Source of the DNA: an uncultured Acidobacteriota bacterium | GTDB lineage: Bacteria > Acidobacteriota > Thermoanaerobaculia > UBA5066 > Gp7-AA6 | Assembly: GCA_963804915.1 (NCBI GenBank) | Contig: CAWDSI010000034.1 | Span: 14,675-78,674 of the forward strand | DNA length: 64,000 nucleotides | Direction: 5' to 3' | Shown: positions 8,895 to 18,358 of the stretch, one piece after another | Position numbering within the stretch: the first letter of the stretch is position 1 | Layout of the letters: each line of letters starts with the position of its first letter | Position numbers and translations under genes: made by a program | Notes under the pieces: generated by a model | Databases searched by the model: none | The model's input: the letters and a program-made list of their open reading frames with translations, nothing else | What the model was told of the DNA's origin: nothing

Positions 8895-10562
8895 CTATTC
8901 ACCGACCCAGAAGTCGATCTCGCGCAACGCGCGGCTGCCGGGCTTGAGGTAGCCGTCCTGCCAGGTCGCGGTGTCCTTGAGGCCCTTCCAGCGCTTCTTG
9001 ACGGGCTGGACCTGCCGCCGGAACCGCCAGCGGTACTGGTTGTAGATGGCCATGATGTTGGCCGCGTACGCGGCCGCGAGGCCGGGCGCGTCCTCGATGA
9101 TCAGGAGGTTCTCGTCGTTCGTGCCGCTGGCCTTCGGGCCGAGGTTGTGCGAGCCGGTCAGGAGAATCGGGTGCTTGCCGAACGGGTCGATGAGGACGAC
9201 CTTGCTGTGGACCATCGCGAAGGTGCCGGGGAGCTTCTTCATCTCGCGCACGAAGAACTTCGTCGGCTCGTCGATCGCGGCCGGCAGCACGACCGCGTAA
9301 TCGGCGTTCTCGAAGTTGCTCTCGTCGAAGAGCTTGACGGGATTCTTCGTCGTGCTCGGGTCCTGGTTGATGGCGCCGTGGATGTAGAGGCGCTTGCCGC
9401 CGACCTTCTTCTTCCGCGCCTTCTCGATGATCGAGTTCAGGAGCGAGTCGCTCGGCCCGGGGTTGAACATCAGAAAGAGAATCGCCTGCTTCGCGCCGAG
9501 GATCTTCTTCTTCGCCTCGTCGAGGTCGACCTGTCCGACGGTGGGCGTGAACCAGAGCCGCGTGTCGACCTTGCCGGTCTTCTCCTTGCGAACCTTCGAG
9601 TTGCTCGTCTTGAGATCCTCGGGCGTCGCGTCCAGGGCGTCGCGCAGGCGGTCCCACTGGTCGCGATACTTCGCCGCGAGGCCGGGGTCGTCGACGAGGA
9701 TCGAATTGTTCGCCTGCGTGCAGAGGCCTGTCTTCGTCCAGTTCTGGCTGCCGGTCCAGACCCAGCGGGGCTTCTTGGCGCCGTCGCAGACGACCAGGAA
9801 CTTGTTGTGGGCGAGCGCCCGCGGGGAGGTCATCCGATCGTGGAGATCGATCTTCCCGGCGAGCTCGCCGCGGGCTTCGTCGTTCTGGTCCTGACCCTTC
9901 TTCTCGACGCTGCCGTTGCCGAGAACGACGTGGGCCTTCTTGCCCAGCTTTTTCAGCGCCGCGATGAGCTGGGGATCGTCCAGCTCGTAGAGAACGGCGT
10001 ACACGTGGCGCTTCTTCTTGCGCGTCTCCTCCAGGAGCGCGAACAGCCGGGCGCCGAGGGGTCCGGTGAGGTAGTTGCGAAAGGAGTCATTCGGCGTGGA
10101 GATGATCTTCCTGAGCTTCGCGGTCTTCAGATCGTGTGCGGTCACGCCGAGCCGGCGCGAGACCCACTGCGCCGCGACGATGCCCCGGTTGAAGTACGCC
10201 TCCATGTTCGGCGTGACCTCCGCGGAGAGCGTGATCTTCCCGGTCCAGTCGCTCGCCCGGGCCTCGTCGGCCTGCAGGTTCTTCTTGTCGGGGCCGACCA
10301 TCGGGACGACGCGATACTGCAGCGTGTCGCCGGGCGCGGCCATGTAGTCGGTCCACTGGTACTTCTGGATCGGCCAGTCCGTGGAGGAGCGGCGCTCGCC
10401 CTCTTCCCACTCGTCATCCTCGAAACCGACCCAGGTCTTGACGGGCACCTCGACCCCGTTTCTGCGGCGGATGAGCGCGAAGCCGCGGCAGTCGGGAATC
10501 GGACCTGCGGGCTTCCAACCGATGAATACGTCGTCGCCGTTGTGGTACGCGCGGACCTTCAT
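8895..10562 (-). CDS. Phospholipase D superfamily protein with two HKD motifs
   Basis: HNKFLVVCD...WTGSQN and HSKVVLID...LTGSHN. Confidence 0.85.
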   Translation of the reverse strand: MKVRAYHNGDDVFIGWKPAGPIPDCRGFALIRRRNGVEVPVKTWVGFEDDEWEEGERRSSTDWPIQKYQWTDYMAAPGDTLQYRVVPMVGPDKKNLQADEARASDWTGKITLSAEVTPNMEAYFNRGIVAAQWVSRRLGVTAHDLKTAKLRKIISTPNDSFRNYLTGPLGARLFALLEETRKKKRHVYAVLYELDDPQLIAALKKLGKKAHVVLGNGSVEKKGQDQNDEARGELAGKIDLHDRMTSPRALAHNKFLVVCDGAKKPRWVWTGSQNWTKTGLCTQANNSILVDDPGLAAKYRDQWDRLRDALDATPEDLKTSNSKVRKEKTGKVDTRLWFTPTVGQVDLDEAKKKILGAKQAILFLMFNPGPSDSLLNSIIEKARKKKVGGKRLYIHGAINQDPSTTKNPVKLFDESNFENADYAVVLPAAIDEPTKFFVREMKKLPGTFAMVHSKVVLIDPFGKHPILLTGSHNLGPKASGTNDENLLIIEDAPGLAAAYAANIMAIYNQYRWRFRRQVQPVKKRWKGLKDTATWQDGYLKPGSRALREIDFWVGE

Positions 10563-10578
10563 GCGAACCCTCCCTTTC

Positions 10579-10634
10579 GGAGACTTCGCTCGGGCTCACC
10601 GCGGGCGCGGGACTCGAGGGGAAGCGACGTCTCC
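10579..10634. repeat. 12-bp inverted repeat (one mismatch) between tdh and the PLD gene
   Basis: GGAGACTTCGCT 10579-10590 and AGCGACGTCTCC 10623-10634. Confidence 0.6.
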
Positions 10635-11788
10635 TATGATCTCCCGTTCGGCCAGAACACGACCTTCATCGCGCGGCGGTCGTTGAGCAGCTCCATCGCG
10701 TCGTGAAATTGCTCGAGACCGTCGAACTCGTTGGTGACGAGGTCCTCGACGTCGAGACCCGCGCGGAAGAGGTCGAGCATCTTGATCCACGTTTCGAAGA
10801 CGCGGCGGCCGATGATGGCGTGGATCGTGAGGCCCTTGAACACGAAGTCGTTCGTGTAATCGCGAATGGTCACGGCCTTCTCTCTCGGGATGCCGAGCAT
10901 GGAGAGCACCGCGCCCGGGCGGGCGGCGGCGAGGGCGAGATTGATCGACGACTCGGCTCCGGAGAGCTCGAGCACGACGTCGGGGCCGCCTCCGGTCGCG
11001 TCCTTGAGGCTGCCCACGGGATCCTTGGTCCGGGAGAGCTCGAGCACCGTGACCTGGGAGAGCCCGCGCGACTTGGCCCACTTGCGGGCGTGCGCGGCGG
11101 CGAGGCTGTTCACCTCGGTGATCGCGATGCGCGCGGCGCCGGAGACCCGCGCGATCTCGGCGCACATGGCGCCGATCGGACCGTAGCCGAGGACCGCCAC
11201 CGACTTGCCGGAGAGGTCGGCGACCTGCGTCGTGTGGACGGCGTTGCCGAGCGCGTCGAGAAACGCGCCGACCTTGGGCGGAATCATGGCGGCGTCGAGC
11301 GGCACGACGTTGAACGCGGGCACGACCACGTACTGCGCGAAGCAGCCGTTGCCGTGGACGCCCAGGATCCGGGTGTTCTCGCAGATGTGACGCTCACCGG
11401 TGCGGCAGGGACGGCACGCGCCGCAGGTCACGTGCATCTCGGCGGAGACGTACTGCCCGATCTCGAGGTGGGGCCGCTTGCCGCCGGGACCGAACGCGAC
11501 GATCTCGCCGCAGAACTCGTGGCCGTAGATGCGCGGCGGCTGGAACATGCCCGCCATCGACGCGTCCCACTGGTAGATGTGTTTGTCCGAGCCGCAGACG
11601 GCGGTGGCGATGACCTTGATGAGAACCTCGGCCTGGCCGGGGGAGGGAACGGGGACGCTGCGGACCTCGGTGGCGGAGGGGCCGGGGGCGGCCTTGGTCT
11701 TGACCACGGCCGTCATCTTCGTCGGGAGGCGCGAGGCCATGAGGGGGAGGCGGGCCGCGCTCCGCGACTTCTTCGGCTTGCTCTTCAT
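10634..11788 (-). CDS. tdh: L-threonine 3-dehydrogenase-like zinc dehydrogenase
   Basis: CGSD, GHEFCGE, VSAEMHVTCGAC..C, GCFAQYVVVPAFN and DALGNAVHT match TDH signatures. Confidence 0.72.
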   Translation of the reverse strand: MKSKPKKSRSAARLPLMASRLPTKMTAVVKTKAAPGPSATEVRSVPVPSPGQAEVLIKVIATAVCGSDKHIYQWDASMAGMFQPPRIYGHEFCGEIVAFGPGGKRPHLEIGQYVSAEMHVTCGACRPCRTGERHICENTRILGVHGNGCFAQYVVVPAFNVVPLDAAMIPPKVGAFLDALGNAVHTTQVADLSGKSVAVLGYGPIGAMCAEIARVSGAARIAITEVNSLAAAHARKWAKSRGLSQVTVLELSRTKDPVGSLKDATGGGPDVVLELSGAESSINLALAAARPGAVLSMLGIPREKAVTIRDYTNDFVFKGLTIHAIIGRRVFETWIKMLDLFRAGLDVEDLVTNEFDGLEQFHDAMELLNDRRAMKVVFWPNGRS

Positions 11789-11798
11789 CGTCTTCTGC

Positions 11799-13229
11799 CT
11801 AATCTCCGGCCTGATCGTCGCGCACGAACCCGGTGCGGGCTCCGGCGGCGACCGCGGCCGCCTCGTACACCGACACGGGCTTGACGTACTTCGCGACCAT
11901 CGCCCGCGAGTTCACGACGCGAAGCTTCTCGAAGAGGAACGTGAACTTCTCCTCGAGCGTCTCGCGGATGGCCTCTTTCGTGCCCTCGGGCAGGTTCCAG
12001 ACGTTTTCCTTGTAAGGGCCGATGGCCTTCTTGCGCGTCTTGTAGAGAAACTGCGGCTCCGTCTCGCCCTTCTTGCGCTCCTCGGCGGCGTTCTTGTCGA
12101 GCCAGCGCTCGATCTCCCGCTTCATCGGCCACGGGAAGGCGGGGTGGTCGTAGACCGTGTTCATGAAGTCGGTCGCGAGATGGATCTCCGCGCAGTCGTG
12201 GTCGGGAAAGTGTCCGAAGTATTCCGGCGGCAGCGTCGACGCGCCGTGCTGGACCGCGCCGGCGAGACCGTACTCTTCGCGCGCGACCTTGGATATCGCC
12301 TTGATGACGTTGAAATCGATGGCCACGCGCTCGACGGAGCCGTCCGCCGCGACGAGCCCACCATGGGAGGAGCCGGTCTGGACGGACACCTTCTCGATGC
12401 CGTCGATGCCGGCCCCGCTTCCCAGAGCCCGCTTGTAGACGTTCATGTAGGCGCGGAACTCCTCGGGCGTCGAGTTCTCCTTGCCGACCTCGCCGATCTC
12501 GCCGCCCACGGAAACCGGCATGGACTTGGGCTGCTTCACGCGGATGAACTTGGTGAAGCGGGCGCAGAGAGTGGCGTTGACGTCCTGCTGGGCCTCGAGA
12601 GTGGGCTTGGAGAGGTCGACGAGCGTGGAGGTGTCGATGTCGATCTGCAGGAAGCCGGCGGGGATCGACTCCTCGATCAGGGCCTCGATCGCGGCGACCT
12701 CCTTCTCGGGAGCCTCCTTCATCTTCTTGGGGTTGGTCTGGAAGTGGTCGCCCTGGAGGAAGAAGGGGCCCTGCCATTCCTCGCGGATCGCGGCGGCGAG
12801 CATGACGGCCGCGTACTCGGCGGGCCGCTGCTCCGTATAGCCCATCTCGCTGCGCGCGATCTCGAAGATCACGGCGCCGACGTCGAGCTTGCGCGCGGCG
12901 CGCAGGGCGGCGCGGGCCGTGTCGTAGGACATGATCCGCACGTTGATCGCGGGGACGGTGAAGCCCGAAACTTCGCCGCGGCCACGCGCCTTGTAGAGCG
13001 GCAGGATCGATGCCGGCAGGATGCCGAGGGACTCGGCCGCCTCGCGGATCGCGTGGCGCCCGGCCTCCCGGGCGTCGCCCTTTCCGAACACGGCGGTCCA
13101 GACGAGGCTGTCGAGCATCTCGGCGCGAAAGCGGGCGGGGTTCGTGACGACCACGCCGCCGTCGAAACGGGCGGTGCCCGAGAGGATCAGCGCCTCTCGC
13201 AGCTCGAGAGCCGAGGAATAGAGGTTCAT
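11799..13229 (-). CDS. Class II fructose-bisphosphate aldolase family protein
   Basis: VPAINVR, IFEIARSE, QGDHFQ, GEIGEVG, GSSHGG, VQHGAST. Confidence 0.8.
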   Translation of the reverse strand: MNLYSSALELREALILSGTARFDGGVVVTNPARFRAEMLDSLVWTAVFGKGDAREAGRHAIREAAESLGILPASILPLYKARGRGEVSGFTVPAINVRIMSYDTARAALRAARKLDVGAVIFEIARSEMGYTEQRPAEYAAVMLAAAIREEWQGPFFLQGDHFQTNPKKMKEAPEKEVAAIEALIEESIPAGFLQIDIDTSTLVDLSKPTLEAQQDVNATLCARFTKFIRVKQPKSMPVSVGGEIGEVGKENSTPEEFRAYMNVYKRALGSGAGIDGIEKVSVQTGSSHGGLVAADGSVERVAIDFNVIKAISKVAREEYGLAGAVQHGASTLPPEYFGHFPDHDCAEIHLATDFMNTVYDHPAFPWPMKREIERWLDKNAAEERKKGETEPQFLYKTRKKAIGPYKENVWNLPEGTKEAIRETLEEKFTFLFEKLRVVNSRAMVAKYVKPVSVYEAAAVAAGARTGFVRDDQAGD

Positions 13230-13286
13230 TGGAACGCTCCTGGAACGCGGGCGATTCTAATGCAGCCGTCATCCCGAGCGACTCCG

Positions 13287-14704
13287 ATGGGCCTGTGCTA
13301 CGTTCTTTCCGTGACGCCCGCGGAGCTCGCCAGAGCCCTTTCCCGGGCGCTGCCCGCGGAAACGATCTTTTCCGACGCGGCCTCGCTGGATGCCCATGCC
13401 CACGACGAAACCGAGGACTTGCGCGCGCGGCCCGGCCTCGTCGTCGCGCCCCGCACGGAGGAAGAGGTCCGGGCCCTGCTCGCGGCGGCGCGCGAGCTGC
13501 GCTTTCCCGTGACGCCCCAGGGAGGACTGACGGGGCTCTCGGGCGGGGCGCTGCCCTCGGAAGGCGGCGTGGCCCTGGACCTCCGGCGCATGAACCGGAT
13601 CCTGGAGGTCGACCGCGAGAACCTCTACGCGGTGGTCGAGCCGGGCGTGATCACGCAGACGCTCCAGGAGGAAGTCGAGAAGGTCGGCCTCTTCTATCCG
13701 CCGGATCCGTCCTCGCGCGGTTCGTGCACGATCGGGGGCAACATCGCGGAGAACGCGGGCGGCCCGCGCGCCGCGAAGTACGGGACGACGGGACGGTACG
13801 TCTCGGGCCTCGCGTCGTCGTCGTGCTCCCAGGCGGGGCGGTCCTCGAGCTCGGGGGCAAGAATCGCAAGGACGTCGCGGGCTACGACCTGCTGCCGCTC
13901 TTCGTCGGAAGCGAGGGCACGCTCGGCGTCGTGACGCGGGCGACGCTGCGGCTCGTGCCGCTGCCGTCGCACCGGCGGCTCCTCTGGGCGTCGTATGCCG
14001 ACGAGACGCTCGCCCTGGCCGCGGTCGCGCAGCTGTACGCGCGGGGGAGCGAGCCTTCGGCCTGCGAGTTCATGGAGCGGCGCGCCGCGGAAGTCTCGGC
14101 GGCCTTCCTCTCGATGTCGCTGCCGGCCGACGCGAACGCGCATCTCTTCGTCGAGGCGGATGGCTTTTCTGATGACTCCGTAGGTCAGGACGCCGAGAAG
14201 TTCGGCGAGATCATGCTCGCCTCGGGGGCCCTGGACGTCCGTGTCGCGATGGCCGAGCGCGAGGTGCGCGACTTCTGGAGGCTCCGGCGCGCGGTCGGCG
14301 AAGCCGTCAAGTCTCTCGGTCCCTACGCCGAAGAGGACTGCACCGTCCCGCGCTCGAAGCTGCCGGAGCTCCTCGCCGCCGTCCGCGAAATCGCCGCGAA
14401 GCGCCGGTTGGATGCCGTCTGTTACGGCCATGCCGCCGACGGCAACATCCACGTCAACGTCGTCCAGCCCCCGGGGGAAAAGGACCGCTGGCTGGCGGAG
14501 CGCGAGCTGGCCGTGGCGGAGATCTTCCGCGCGGTCGTGGCCCTGGGCGGCACGATCACGGGGGAGCACGGCGTGGGCGTGACGCAGCGGGCGTACCTGG
14601 CGCTCCGGCACTCGCCGGAGGTCCTCTCGGCGATGCGCGCGGTCAAGGCCCTGTTCGATCCGGACGGGGTCATGAACCCCGGTAAGATCTTCGCCGCAAC
14701 ATGA
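13287..14704 (+). CDS. FAD-linked oxidase, GlcD/D-lactate dehydrogenase-like; frameshift near 13812
   Basis: GGLTGLSGGA, FYPPDPSS, TIGGNIAENAGG, GSEGTLGVVT, GHAADGNIH, ITGEHGVG, DPDGVMNPGK, split over two frames. Confidence 0.88.
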
Positions 14705-15114
14705 TCCGCCTCTCGCGCACGATCCACTTCAACGCCGGCCGGTCCCTCTGGCGGCCGGAGTGGACCGCCGAGAAAAACACGTCTGTCTATGGCGTCGAAA
14801 GCCCGCACGGCTACGGCCACAACTACGAGCTCGAGCTCGCCGTCGAGGGGAAGGTCGACCCGGAGACGTCGATGGTGGTGAACCTGACCGACCTCGACCG
14901 GATCCTCAAGGAGGAGGTCGATCGGCCTCTCGACCACAAGAACCTCAACCGCGACGTGCCCGACTTCGCGAAGACGTCTCCGACCGCGGAAAACCTCGCG
15001 GCGTGGATCTGGAAGCGCGTCGCCGCGCGGATCGAGCGCGAGAAGTGGCCGTGCCGCGTGGTCCACCTGAGGCTGCGCCTGACCCCGCACTTCGCAGTCG
15101 AGATCGAAGAGTAG
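14701..15114 (+). CDS. QueD/6-pyruvoyl-tetrahydropterin synthase-like T-fold protein with a degenerate active site
   Basis: GHNY, MVVNLTDL, PLDHKNLN and PTAENLA are present; several canonical metal and catalytic residues are substituted (see findings). Confidence 0.8.
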   Translation: MIRLSRTIHFNAGRSLWRPEWTAEKNTSVYGVESPHGYGHNYELELAVEGKVDPETSMVVNLTDLDRILKEEVDRPLDHKNLNRDVPDFAKTSPTAENLAAWIWKRVAARIEREKWPCRVVHLRLRLTPHFAVEIEE

Positions 15115-15122
15115 GCGCGCCG

Positions 15123-16112
15123 ATGGGACCGGTCCTCGTCGTCGGCGCCACCGGCCAGCTCGGCACGGCGGTCGTGGACCGGTTGCGACAGGGGGGACAG
15201 CGCGTCCGCGCGCTCGTCCGCGCGGGGTCGCCGCGCGAGTTCGAGTCGGAAGGCGTCGAGCTCGCGTTCGGAGATCTGCGAGAGCCCGAGAGCCTCGTCG
15301 CGGCGTGCCAGGGCATGGCCACCGTCGTGTCGACGGCCAACGCGGTCGTCCCGAGGGACAAGGCGACGTTCGCCCAGGTCGAGGAGACCGGCTACGACAA
15401 CCTGCTCGACGCCTGCCGCGCCGAAAACGTCCGGCGGTTCATCTTCATGTCCGTGGTGCCGACGCCGCACGACAAGAGCGTCACGACCTTCCGGCTGAAG
15501 CGCCGGATCGAAGAGCGCATCCAGGGGAGCGGCCTCGCGTATTCGATCTTCCGCGGCGATTTCTTCATGGACGACTGGTTCGCGCTGATGGGCAGCGCGA
15601 TTCCGCTCCGCGGCGCGAAGGCGCATACGCTGCGGCGGCCCTTCTGGTTCGCGAAGGGATTCATGCGCTTCGCGGGGTCGTCGATCGACAAGCGCGGGAT
15701 CGCGCTCGTGCCGGGCGACGGCCGATCCCGGCACACACCCGTCGCGCTCGACGACGTCGCGGCCATCCTCGCGGCCGCCGCGTCGGAGCCGGAGACCGGC
15801 GAGAGCGCGAACCTGGTCGACAACCTCGGCGGGCCCGAGATCCTCTCGTGGCATGACGTCGTCGCCATCTTTTCGCGCGTGCTGGGAAGGCCCTTGAAGA
15901 TGATGCACACGCCCGCGAAGGTCTATCGCGTGGCCGCGGACGTGCTCGAAGCGCTCTCGCCTCCCGCCGGCAACCTCATGGCGATGAGCTGGGTGGCGTC
16001 GATGAGCGACACCGCCTTCGACGGGAAGCCTCTGGCCGAACGGTTCGGCGTGAAGCTGACGACCGCCGAGCAATTCCTGCGCGCGAAGGCGGCCCTGCCG
16101 CCTGAAGCCTGA
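15123..16112 (+). CDS. Atypical SDR / NmrA-like NAD(P)-binding protein
   Basis: VLVVGATGQLG, VRALVR, GDLREPESL; ATG 15123. Confidence 0.85.
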   Translation: MGPVLVVGATGQLGTAVVDRLRQGGQRVRALVRAGSPREFESEGVELAFGDLREPESLVAACQGMATVVSTANAVVPRDKATFAQVEETGYDNLLDACRAENVRRFIFMSVVPTPHDKSVTTFRLKRRIEERIQGSGLAYSIFRGDFFMDDWFALMGSAIPLRGAKAHTLRRPFWFAKGFMRFAGSSIDKRGIALVPGDGRSRHTPVALDDVAAILAAAASEPETGESANLVDNLGGPEILSWHDVVAIFSRVLGRPLKMMHTPAKVYRVAADVLEALSPPAGNLMAMSWVASMSDTAFDGKPLAERFGVKLTTAEQFLRAKAALPPEA

Positions 16113-16867
16113 TGGGCCTCGCGCTCGGGCTGATTCTCTCGGCAGCGATCGGTCTGTCCCTCGGACTGGTCGGCGGGGGCGGATCGATCATCACGGTCCC
16201 GATCCTCGTCTATGCCCTGGGCATTCCGCCGCATCGGGCGATCGGAATGTCGCTCGCCGTCGTGGGCTCGACCGCCCTCATCGGAGCGATGCTTCATCAT
16301 CGAAAGGGCTCGGTCTCGTGGAAGACGGGCAGCATCTTCGCGGCGAGCGGGATCCCGAGCGCGTACCTCGGCTCGAAGCTGACGCGCCTGGTGTCGCCGC
16401 CGGTCCTGATGCTCCTCTTCGCCGGGATCATGCTCGTGGCGGCGATCCTGATGCTGGCCCGCCGGCACCCCGAGAACGAGAAGCCCCACGTGCCGAGCCC
16501 GCCCCGGGAGGCGCTCGCGGGTTTCGGGGTGGGATTCATGACCGGGTTTCTCGGCGTGGGAGGCGGCTTCCTGATCGTTCCGGCGCTGCACGTTTTCGGG
16601 GGTCTGCCGATGAAGGCCGCCATCGGAACGTCCCTCTTTGTCATCGGGATCAACTGCGCGGCCGGCCTGATCGGCCACATGACCTCCGGCGCGGTGGATG
16701 GGAAGATGACCGCGCTCGTCACAGGACTCGCGGTCACAGGCGCGCTCGCGGGGACCGCCCTCTCGGACCGCTTCCACCCCAAGGGCCTGCGCCGGTTGTT
16801 CGCCTGGCTGGTTCTCGCGGTCGCCGCGTACCTGATCTACCGGAACTACAATGCGCTCTTTCAATGA
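16112..16867 (+). CDS. TauE/SafE family sulfite exporter
   Basis: Two repeats GLVGGGGSIITVP and GFLGVGGGFLIVP, AIGTSL; multi-TM. Confidence 0.9.
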   Translation: MGLALGLILSAAIGLSLGLVGGGGSIITVPILVYALGIPPHRAIGMSLAVVGSTALIGAMLHHRKGSVSWKTGSIFAASGIPSAYLGSKLTRLVSPPVLMLLFAGIMLVAAILMLARRHPENEKPHVPSPPREALAGFGVGFMTGFLGVGGGFLIVPALHVFGGLPMKAAIGTSLFVIGINCAAGLIGHMTSGAVDGKMTALVTGLAVTGALAGTALSDRFHPKGLRRLFAWLVLAVAAYLIYRNYNALFQ

Positions 16868-16958
16868 ATCCGAACGGCAACTCCGGGCGGCCGACAGGGC
16901 CGCCCCGACAAGCGGGAGCGTAGGAGCGGGGCGGGCCCCCCGCCCCGAAAACCGGACC

Positions 16959-18350
16959 ATGCAATTCGAACAGTTTTATCTGGGCTGTCTCGCGCAGGCG
17001 TCCTACCTGATCGGTTCCGACGGCGAGGCCGCCATCGTCGACCCGCGGCGCGACGTCGACGTCTACATCGAGGCGGCGAAGGCGAAGGGCCTGCAGATCC
17101 GCCACGTCATCGAGACGCACCTGCACGCGGACTTCGTCTCGGGCCATCGCGAGCTCGCCGAGCGGACCGGCGCGAAGATCTACTTCGGCGCGAAGGCCGG
17201 CGCGAAGTTCTCGCACGTCCCGGTCAAGGACGGCGACGAGATCCGCGTCGGGAAGGTCCGGCTGAAGTTTCTCGAGACGCCCGGGCATACTCCCGAGTCC
17301 GTCTCCATCGTCGTGACGGACGAAGAGAATTCGCCGGCTCCCGAAGCGGTCCTGACCGGCGACACGCTCTTCATCGGCGACGTGGGCCGGCCCGACCTGC
17401 TGGGCTCCAAGGCGAGCCCCGAGGATCTCGCGAGCAAGCTCTACGACTCGCTCCACGAGAAGCTCCTCACGCTGCCGGACGCGACGAAGGTCTATCCCGC
17501 GCACGGCGCCGGCTCGCTCTGCGGCCGCAACATCTCGAGCGAGAGGAGCTCGACGATCGGCGAGCAGCGGAAGTTCAACTACGCCCTGCGTCCCATGCCG
17601 CGCGAGGAGTTCGTCAAGCTCGTCACGACGGATCTGCCCGAGGCGCCGGCGTACTTCTCGCGCGACGCGGCGCTCAACCGGGAAGGCCCGGGCTCGCTCG
17701 AGGCCCTGCCTCCGCCGCCCGCGCTGTCGCCCGACGACGTGGCCCTGCTGCAGAAGGCCGGCGCCATCGTGCTCGACACGCGTTCGGCCGCCGAATACGG
17801 CGCGGGGCACGTGCCGGGCTCGCTCCACATCGGACAGTCGGGCCAGCTCGCTTCGTGGGCCGGCTCGCTGATGTCGCCCCAGGGCCCGATCGTTCTCGTC
17901 GCGGAAGACGAGGAACGGATGGGGGAGACGCGCACGCGGCTCGCGCGCGTCGGCATCGAGAACGTGTCGGGCTATCTCGAGGGCGGCATCCGCGCGTGGG
18001 ATTCGGCGGGGAAACCGCTGGCCCGGACCGAGCAGATCGACGTGGACGAGCTGGCGGCGCGGCTCGCCGACACACAGAGCGCGGACCTGCAGCTCGTGGA
18101 CGTGCGCCGGCCTCCGGAGTGGAAGGACGGCCACATCCGGCAGGCGGCCTGGATGCCGCTGGACCGGCTCTCCGAGCTCGCGAAGACGCTCGACAAGAAG
18201 CGCCCCGTCGCGGCGATCTGCGCCGGCGGCTATCGCTCCTCGATCGCCACGAGCGTCCTCGAGCGGATCGGGTTCCAGAAGATCACCAACGTCGTCGGCG
18301 GCATGGCCGCCTGGACCGGCGCGAAGCACGAGATCGTCACCACAGGTTAG
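16959..18350 (+). CDS. MBL-fold persulfide dioxygenase-like hydrolase fused to two rhodanese domains
   Basis: ETHLHADFVSG, TPGHTPES, TGDTLF, YPAHGAGS; rhodanese LDTRS and DVRRPPEW...ICAGGYRS. Confidence 0.88.
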   Translation: MQFEQFYLGCLAQASYLIGSDGEAAIVDPRRDVDVYIEAAKAKGLQIRHVIETHLHADFVSGHRELAERTGAKIYFGAKAGAKFSHVPVKDGDEIRVGKVRLKFLETPGHTPESVSIVVTDEENSPAPEAVLTGDTLFIGDVGRPDLLGSKASPEDLASKLYDSLHEKLLTLPDATKVYPAHGAGSLCGRNISSERSSTIGEQRKFNYALRPMPREEFVKLVTTDLPEAPAYFSRDAALNREGPGSLEALPPPPALSPDDVALLQKAGAIVLDTRSAAEYGAGHVPGSLHIGQSGQLASWAGSLMSPQGPIVLVAEDEERMGETRTRLARVGIENVSGYLEGGIRAWDSAGKPLARTEQIDVDELAARLADTQSADLQLVDVRRPPEWKDGHIRQAAWMPLDRLSELAKTLDKKRPVAAICAGGYRSSIATSVLERIGFQKITNVVGGMAAWTGAKHEIVTTG

Positions 18351-18358
18351 GAGGCCGG

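Noticed and set aside
16927-16947. 9-bp GC hairpin as an intrinsic terminator
   Set aside because: It has no U-tract and lies between co-oriented genes 11 nt before an ATG. It is a single copy unrelated to the kinase leader.
16959-18350. Metallo-beta-lactamase resistance gene
   Set aside because: The HLHADF motif, rhodanese fusion and TauE neighbour indicate sulfur metabolism.
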